From: a virus
Lineage: Duplodnaviria > Caudoviricetes
Virus record (IMG/VR): IMGVR_UViG_3300025723_000017
Span: 32,001-96,000 of that record
Length of the DNA stretch: 64,000 nt
Strand: one strand, 5' to 3'
Part shown: positions 58,648-64,000 of the stretch, piece by piece
How positions within the stretch are numbered: the first letter of the stretch is position 1
Layout: the number at the start of each line of letters is the position of its first letter
The notes under the pieces: model-generated
The model's database searches: none
What the model saw: only the letters and a program-made list of their open reading frames with translations
What the model was told of the DNA's origin: nothing
Made by a program: the position numbers and the translations under genes

Positions 58648-59244
58648 ATGCCCAGTTTAATCCCCATGGTAGTAGAGCAAACCTCAAAAGGCGAAAGATC
58701 CTACGATATCTATAGTCGGCTATTACGAGACCGTATTGTTATGCTGGATACAGATGTCAATGAAACTAGTGCAAGTCTAGTAGTGGCACAGATGTTATTT
58801 CTCGAAGCCGAAGATCCCGCTGCAGACATCCTATTTTATATTAATTCACCAGGTGGGTCAGTTACAGCGGGCATGGCTATTTACGATACCATGCAGTTTA
58901 TTCAGTGTGACGTTTCAACTATTGTCATGGGACAGGCCTGTAGTATGGGTAGTCTACTGGCACAAGCAGGCACCGCTGGCAAACGTTTAATCCTTCCCCG
59001 CGCTAGACATATGATTCATCAACCATCAGGTGGTGCACGTGGACAAGCTACGGACATGCTGATTCAAGTTAATGAAATTCTCAAGATGAAACGGGAGTTA
59101 ACTGGAATCTACGTGACGCATAATTCTGCAAACAAGACATACAGTGAACTGGAACAGGATATGGAACGGGACAACTTTATGTCAGCCGAAGAAGCTGTGG
59201 CATATGGTCTAGCTGACAAAATTGTTGCCAAACGAGGACAGTAA
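58648..59244 (+). CDS. clpP: ClpP protease
   Basis: [33 protein letters not shown]. Confidence 0.96.
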   Translation: MPSLIPMVVEQTSKGERSYDIYSRLLRDRIVMLDTDVNETSASLVVAQMLFLEAEDPAADILFYINSPGGSVTAGMAIYDTMQFIQCDVSTIVMGQACSMGSLLAQAGTAGKRLILPRARHMIHQPSGGARGQATDMLIQVNEILKMKRELTGIYVTHNSANKTYSELEQDMERDNFMSAEEAVAYGLADKIVAKRGQ

Positions 59245-59308
59245 CCTTCTGCGTCTGACTATTGAACTAGAGAACTAAGGCGCGAAGCGCCCTAGCTCCT
59301 GAGCCACA

Positions 59309-59539
59309 ATGAAAAAAGTTTTAATTGATCCCGATAGTTATAAACCCATTAATCCCGGTCGGCTGTCTGAGATGATGACAGATTGGTGTAAACTGCAAAA
59401 TCTAGAATACGGACATGACTATGCCTGGAGTTATCGACCCATATCTCTAAATAACCTTCCTCACATAGTAATGGAATTTCGTTTTTACAACGATGACAGC
59501 AACGTAGCAACCATGTTTGCACTAAAATGGCGTAGATAA
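59309..59539 (+). CDS. small protein, ATMFAL family
   Basis: WCK...DY.W...FRFY.DD...ATMFAL shared with 59808. Confidence 0.7.
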   Translation: MKKVLIDPDSYKPINPGRLSEMMTDWCKLQNLEYGHDYAWSYRPISLNNLPHIVMEFRFYNDDSNVATMFALKWRR

Positions 59540-59760
59540 ATGATAGATAAAGAACTTACGGGAAAGTATACCGACGAAGAAATACAGCAAATAGGCCTAT
59601 GGTTAGATCAGTATATGCCCAATCCGCCCTTATCTCTTAAACAACGATGGAGTGTGGGACATCACTGGATACAAAATGATGAATTCTCCTTCGGCAGATG
59701 GGCATACAGTTTACTGATGATCGAGATGCTACACTATTCGCACTACGCTGGGAAAAATAA
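59540..59760 (+). pseudogene. frameshifted member of the same small-protein family
   Basis: -1 frame from 59701 reads GIQFTDDRDATLFALRWEK*. Confidence 0.6.
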
Positions 59761-59807
59761 CAGTCCAGGATGACAATGAAATCGTGGATTTACCTGGGAG
59801 GGAATAG

Positions 59808-60023
59808 ATGATTATAGTTAAAATACCACATAATGATACTCAGTTACTTGCTACTAAACGTGCCATTAAAATGAGTAATTGGTGTAAGGAAAACGGACTA
59901 GTACATAGTAAGGACTATGATTGGGCATTTAGGAATCTGTCAAATGAAATACACTTTAGATTCTATAGTGATGATCAAAGCCTAGCCACCATGTTTGCAC
60001 TATTATTTAACAAAGGCAGATGA
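59808..60023 (+). CDS. small protein, ATMFAL family
   Basis: Paralog of 59309. Confidence 0.7.
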   Translation: MIIVKIPHNDTQLLATKRAIKMSNWCKENGLVHSKDYDWAFRNLSNEIHFRFYSDDQSLATMFALLFNKGR

Positions 60024-60166
60024 CTAAATTACTGTATCTAGATGATACTGTAAGTATGATTCTATACAGTGTGGAGATAGAAAAATTTGTGGCCAAAATT
60101 TTTTGATCAGCTGATTTAAATCCTGATGAAGTTTTTGACCCCTGGGGTCCTACATAGTGGAAGAAG

Positions 60167-60221
60167 ATTGATTTATACGATCCAGGATTGACAAAATTGA
60201 TTTATACGATCCAGGATTGAC
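60167..60221 (+). repeat. 26-bp direct repeat x2
   Basis: ATTGATTTATACGATCCAGGATTGAC at 60167 and 60196. Confidence 0.9.
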
Positions 60222-60296
60222 GCAAAGCTAGTATACATACAATGTATTGTAGCTAAAAAACAACACCGGGGTGTCCGAAGTTTTTGAAATAGCTAA

Positions 60297-60325
60297 ATTA
60301 TAGCATGTAATTTTATAAAATGCAA
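60297..60325 (-). promoter_or_regulatory. sigma70 promoter (GA-free)
   Basis: TTGCAT-17-TATAAT with extended -10 TG. Confidence 0.7.
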
Positions 60326-60355
60326 GCGCATAAAATGCAAGCGCATAAAATGCAC

Positions 60356-60400
60356 GCTGTAACGCATTAGTACAGCGTAGTGTACATAATGCGTTACAGC
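60356..60400 (-). terminator. long hairpin/terminator after the 61028 gene
   Basis: GCTGTAACGCATTA/TAATGCGTTACAGC 14-bp arms plus inner GTACA/TGTAC. Confidence 0.65.
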
Positions 60401-60413
60401 GTGCTTGCTACGC

Positions 60414-61028
60414 TTACAGCGTGCTTGCTACGCTTACAGTTTGCTTGTTAGCTGTAATGCTAACTAAGTTAGCTAGTGCAATAGTGCGCACTTTTACAGT
60501 ATGTAACACGTTGTTAGCTACGTTGTGCGTTACAGCACTTTGCGCTAGCAGTTTGTTGCGTGCGCTAGCAGTTAAGTATTGTGCTACTTGTAGCTTAGTT
60601 GCTAATTGGCCGTTAATAAAATACATACTGCTAGCGTTGTTAAATATAGCGTATAAGTACAGCGCATTAGTTTGCTTGTGCTTAACTATGCTATGTACGT
60701 TAGTGTGTGTAAAATAGTTACTTTGCGTTGTAAAGTTAGCTACGTTGCTAGCGTTGTTAGCTTCAATATTATTTGCACTTTTTTGTACAGCGTTAGCGTA
60801 AACGTTAGTAAATGCGCTAATGTTGCTAAAAAGTTGCACGTTAGCACTAACTACTTTTTTAATGCTAACTAAGTTGTGTTTTGCGCTAGTAGCTACTTGC
60901 GTAACGTAGCATACGTTAGCAAACGTAGTGCTTTTGTTAGCAAGTAATACTTGTATAGTTTGTGCGCTAATTGTGTTAGCGTTAGCGTGTGCTGTAAGTG
61001 CTTGTTGTGCTTGCTGTAAATTTAACAT
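60414..61028 (-). CDS. early protein nearly lacking D/E/G/P/W
   Basis: 204-aa ORF downstream of three tandem promoters; leader AAGCGTAAACAAAAATG shared with the 61645 gene. Confidence 0.8.
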   Translation of the reverse strand: MLNLQQAQQALTAHANANTISAQTIQVLLANKSTTFANVCYVTQVATSAKHNLVSIKKVVSANVQLFSNISAFTNVYANAVQKSANNIEANNASNVANFTTQSNYFTHTNVHSIVKHKQTNALYLYAIFNNASSMYFINGQLATKLQVAQYLTASARNKLLAQSAVTHNVANNVLHTVKVRTIALANLVSITANKQTVSVASTL

Positions 61029-61075
61029 TTTTGTTTACGCTTATAAAATGTGTTTAAGTTGTTTACTGCAACTAA

Positions 61076-61282
61076 ATTATACTGCTAACTGCGCTAATTT
61101 GCAAGTGCTACTTTGTTGCAAAAAAACAACGCTTGCTAACTGCTGTACTGCTTACTATGCAGTAATTATACTGCTAACTGCGCTAATTTGCAAGTGCTAC
61201 TTTGTTGCAAAAAAACAACGCTTGCTAACTGCTGTACTGCTTACTATGCAGTAATTATACTACTTGCGTAGCTAATACGCAA
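61076..61282 (-). promoter_or_regulatory. three sigma70 promoters at 89-bp period
   Basis: TTGCAA/TTGCGT-17-TATAAT at 61076-61104, 61165-61193, 61254-61282; two identical 89-bp units. Confidence 0.85.
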
Positions 61283-61297
61283 GTAGTATTTTGTAAG

Positions 61298-61645
61298 TTA
61301 TGCGCTAGCAAATAAGCGCAACAATACGCTATTGTTGTCCGTTGTTACAATTTGCGCATTGTAACGCTTTGCAATAATTAGCAAGTTAGTGCATACTTGC
61401 GCTTTAGCTACTTTAACTGCTATAAACTTAGCACGCAAGTTAGTATAAACACGCTTAGTAAAATATTGTGCTTGTACTGCTTGCGCTAGTGCTTGCGCTT
61501 GTGCGTGTTGTTCGTTTGTGTACAAGTGCGCATTTTTTGCATTTTGCGCTTGCACTTGTAACACGCTTATATAACGTGCGTGCTTTACAGCGTTGTTTTT
61601 TGTTGTTAAAACAACGTGCGCTACTGCTTGAGGCTTTTTTTGCAT
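61298..61645 (-). CDS. early basic protein nearly lacking D/E/G/P/W
   Basis: 115-aa ORF downstream of two promoters, same leader as the 61028 gene. Confidence 0.75.
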   Translation of the reverse strand: MQKKPQAVAHVVLTTKNNAVKHARYISVLQVQAQNAKNAHLYTNEQHAQAQALAQAVQAQYFTKRVYTNLRAKFIAVKVAKAQVCTNLLIIAKRYNAQIVTTDNNSVLLRLFASA

Positions 61646-61697
61646 TTTGTTTACGCTTTATAAAATGTTGTTAAGCTACTTGTTTACTGCAAGCTAA

Positions 61698-61817
61698 ATT
61701 ATACTGCTAACTGTGCTAATTTGCAAGTGCTATTTTGTTGCACGTTTACAACACTTGCTAACTGCTGTACTGCTGTACTGCAAGCTAAATTATACTGCGC
61801 ATTGTTTTAATTTGCAA
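61698..61817 (-). promoter_or_regulatory. two sigma70 promoters
   Basis: TTGCAA-17-TATAAT at 61698-61726 and 61789-61817. Confidence 0.85.
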
Positions 61818-61854
61818 GTGCTATTTTGTTGCAAAAAAACAACGTAATTAACGC

Positions 61855-61971
61855 TTGCAATTTAGCGCAAACGACTTTACAATGTAGTTGTTGTTAGCAG
61901 TTAGCAGTTAGCAAGTGTTGTTTTTTTGCAACAAAGTAGTGCTTGCAAGTTAGCGCAAAATGCGTTACAAT
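61855..61971 (+). promoter_or_regulatory. two divergent sigma70 promoters
   Basis: TTGCAA-17-TACAAT at 61855-61883 and 61943-61971. Confidence 0.85.
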
Positions 61972-62002
61972 GTAGTTGTTGTTAACAAAAAGGAGCTGTA
62001 CT

Positions 62003-62233
62003 ATGTTAAATAGCACAAACGTTCGTCGCCTAGGCGAGATGGCGGCAGAATTTGGCCTTGATTCTTTTTTCAGCACAATGCGAGTGTTGCATAATTGCGA
62101 CAACAAAGACCAGCTTAATACGCAGGACGAAGCTGTACTGTATAACATAGCAGAGGAAGCTGTGCAATACGTTGTGCAGTATCAAATGTCAGCACTAAAA
62201 GAAGCTTTAGCAGAACTTAACGCTAAAGTGTAA
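62003..62233 (+). CDS. small early protein, paralog of 62322
   Basis: AGGAG SD; V.RL...A.E.GLD.F...M..L...D.K..L shared. Confidence 0.75.
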   Translation: MLNSTNVRRLGEMAAEFGLDSFFSTMRVLHNCDNKDQLNTQDEAVLYNIAEEAVQYVVQYQMSALKEALAELNAKV

Positions 62234-62244
62234 CAAAAAAGCAC

Positions 62245-62273
62245 TTGCGTTTTAATAGCGCAAGTGCTACAAT
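62245..62273 (+). promoter_or_regulatory. sigma70 promoter (GA-free)
   Basis: TTGCGT-17-TACAAT. Confidence 0.75.
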
Positions 62274-62321
62274 GTAGTTGTTGTGCAGTAAGTAGTTTAA
62301 CTTTTAACAAAAGGATCTACT

Positions 62322-62555
62322 ATGAGCGTAAAACGCCTAGCTGTTTTTGCCCGTGAACGCGGCCTGGATGACTTCTGTGACGTCATGCTGACACTGGACC
62401 AAATGGATCAGAAGGGAGACCTGATGCCAGGAGACCCCATCTTTGATCTGCTCGAGGATGTTAACGAAGAGTTAACACGCTTTATGAGCCTGTACCGAAC
62501 CCGCATGCTCAAACCCGAATACGTGCAGACCTATCCCGAGACTGCACTGGCTTAA
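62322..62555 (+). CDS. small early protein
   Basis: AAGGA SD; terminator follows. Confidence 0.75.
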   Translation: MSVKRLAVFARERGLDDFCDVMLTLDQMDQKGDLMPGDPIFDLLEDVNEELTRFMSLYRTRMLKPEYVQTYPETALA

Positions 62556-62560
62556 ACCAA

Positions 62561-62580
62561 GGGGCTCGGGCCCCGTTTTT
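62561..62580 (+). terminator. intrinsic terminator
   Basis: GGGGC-TCGG-GCCCC + T run; near copy at 62848-62869. Confidence 0.75.
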
Positions 62581-62584
62581 AGGT

Positions 62585-63246
62585 TGAAATCTGCAGGCCA
62601 AATTCTGCAGACCAAATTCTAGGATCAAATTTCTCAGGAGAACTACATGGCTTCAGTAGAAGGCAAGACCGTCAAGGTGGGTGACTACGTTTGTTTTAAA
62701 TCAGACTTTGAGCAAACGGGCAAAATTGTCAAAATTAACGGCAATAACTTGACCCTGTTCAGGGATGACGAGGGGTTTGGCGGCGACTACATTGGCGGCG
62801 AGAACTACACAACGGTACACGCCGCCGACTGTTGGATCGATTAGTCCAGGGGCTCAGGCCCCATTTTTTGTTTATTTTCTTGGCCTCAAAATCTAGGATG
62901 AAATTCTCAGAGTCAAATTCCCAGGGTCAAATTCTTGACCCTCATCTCCATTATCAAATCTGCTAGACCAATCTCTCGTCAGCCTCTGACTCCACAGGCG
63001 AAATTCCCAGGGTCAAATCGTCATGGCGAAGGTCATACACAAGGCCAAATCTTTAACGCTACACGACAGAATCCTAACCTTGACATCACCTCTAGCCGTT
63101 GATGTTGGTCTACGAAGTCTAGTTCTGTCTACGACAGGGTCAAATCGTCTCGCCAATATTAAATCCCTGAAGGGATTTTGTAGAATTGACCTTTGCTGTC
63201 AAAGGTCTCGGCTAATGTCTAAGCCTCTGTTTCGCAGGGTCAAATC
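62585..63246 (+). repeat. dispersed degenerate AGGNYCAAATY repeats
   Basis: Runs at ~13-15-bp period at 62585-62638 and 62884-62941; further CAGGGTCAAAT copies at 63008, 63135, 63235. Confidence 0.65.
62647..62844 (+). CDS. small SH3/KOW-like protein
   Basis: AGGAG SD; 'VKVGDYV.F....GKIVKI'. Confidence 0.7.
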   Translation: MASVEGKTVKVGDYVCFKSDFEQTGKIVKINGNNLTLFRDDEGFGGDYIGGENYTTVHAADCWID

Positions 63247-63453
63247 TTAGACTGAAGTCTGCTGCCTAAGTCTCAGGATAAAGGCTTCGTGTAGCTCGTC
63301 AACTTCTTCCTGCCAAAGATACAGGTCAGTTCTGGGATCGTAGTATTGACCTTCACGTACATCATAGTAAAGAACACGCCCTGTGGCAAAGGCATAGGGA
63401 CCTTCTAATCCCGGGCGAGGTTTGTAAGGCCAAGTTGCAGATTTCTGTCGCAT
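63247..63453 (-). CDS. hypothetical protein
   Basis: 'GLEGP.....GRVLYYD..EG.YYDP.TD' phage-type motif; start uncertain. Confidence 0.7.
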   Translation of the reverse strand: MRQKSATWPYKPRPGLEGPYAFATGRVLYYDVREGQYYDPRTDLYLWQEEVDELHEAFILRLRQQTSV

Positions 63454-63655
63454 AATAAAGTCTCGATATTGAAATTTCAAACGTGTCGTCTAAGACGAAA
63501 AGTCTAAGATTGAAGTCTAAGATTGAAGTCTATTTGGGAAAACATCGCCCTAGGATCGAGGCCACAAGCATAACACCTAGAACTGCCAGTGCAGGATAAG
63601 TTAGATAAAATATCAAGTTTAACACGTTTGTCTCCCCTGCCTGTAGGCTGAGCTG

Positions 63656-63931
63656 TTAACTGTTGATGGTGCGGAAGGGACTGTAAATGTCTTCAACCAA
63701 TCGTTGCTGTGCAGTGGGACTCCACTGGCTGAAATCCTTAACTGACCCAGCCTCAAGATATATTCCTGTCTCCTGCTGCTGTGTATAGTCAGGGTCTTCG
63801 TATACTACTTCGAATGATGTCATTGCGTCAATCCTGGTTAAAATATTATTATACTGTCTGGGCTCCTGTCTGTCAAGCCCAGGTGATTTCGGTACCCTGG
63901 ATGGTGTGATCCAGTCCCTGCTCGATGACAT
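63656..63931 (-). CDS. hypothetical protein
   Basis: ORF ending YSPFRTINS; start uncertain. Confidence 0.5.
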   Translation of the reverse strand: MSSSRDWITPSRVPKSPGLDRQEPRQYNNILTRIDAMTSFEVVYEDPDYTQQQETGIYLEAGSVKDFSQWSPTAQQRLVEDIYSPFRTINS

Positions 63932-64000
63932 AGAGGTCTACGGTATAGCCATTCCGCTTCAATAGTTTAGAGGCCAAATACCATTCGTTACTAGAGGGGC

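Larger units (their letters stand above)
60289..61990. other. GA/TC/GG/CC-depleted island
   Basis: 9 such dinucleotides at 6 loci in ~1700 bp (manual count). Confidence 0.95.

Noticed and set aside
61075-61261. 89-bp repeats as a CRISPR array
   Set aside because: Units are identical with no unique spacers, and each is a promoter
60289-61990. Island as purely a UV- or deaminase-driven C>T scar at TC/CC
   Set aside because: The context fits, but the -35 and SD replacements are not transitions, C and G remain common, and ORFs and 17-bp spacings are intact; disfavoured, not excluded
60421-62148. ORFs 60421, 60672, 60928, 61468 (plus strand) and 61894 (minus strand)
   Set aside because: Shadow frames favoured by the absence of TGA/TCA; they oppose the local promoters and lack leaders
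63023-63250. 75-aa plus-strand ORF
   Set aside because: Runs through the repeat tract with no clear SD; probably non-coding
1-64000. Stop-codon reassignment, tRNAs, group I introns
   Set aside because: Conserved genes (nrdA, nrdB, ligase, helicase) are intact in the standard code, all three stops end genes, and no cloverleaf was recognised by eye

Overview
64-kb slice of an AT-rich, large tailed-phage genome (distant T4-like organisation: TAAATA-type late promoters, UvsW, primase/helicase, NrdAB, ligase, PAAR, head-protein-like N-termini). The host is probably a proteobacterium (inference from IscU/IscA, ClpS, sigma70 promoters and PhaR-like boxes). No tRNA, rRNA or CRISPR array was seen. 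Host-derived modules include a solute-binding protein + DAACS symporter + aspartate racemase cluster, IscU/PDF/IscA, and ClpX-bS21-Hsp20-ClpS plus two ClpP. The most striking feature is a ~1.7-kb island (60289-61990) in which G is almost never followed by a purine. I counted by eye only 9 GA/TC/GG/CC dinucleotides where roughly 300 would be expected. The island is still functional-looking DNA: eight sigma70 promoters with a GA-free -35 (a ninth lies just outside), a GG/GA-free SD substitute, a terminator, and two genes whose proteins nearly lack D, E, G, P and W. Other highlights are a 340-aa intein at the Fe-S ligand cysteine of IscU, a 199-aa minimal DnaE-like polymerase, twin Pol-beta-type nucleotidyltransferases, and a leader RNA hairpin shared by two genes. 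All family calls come from motif recognition by eye; no searches were run.
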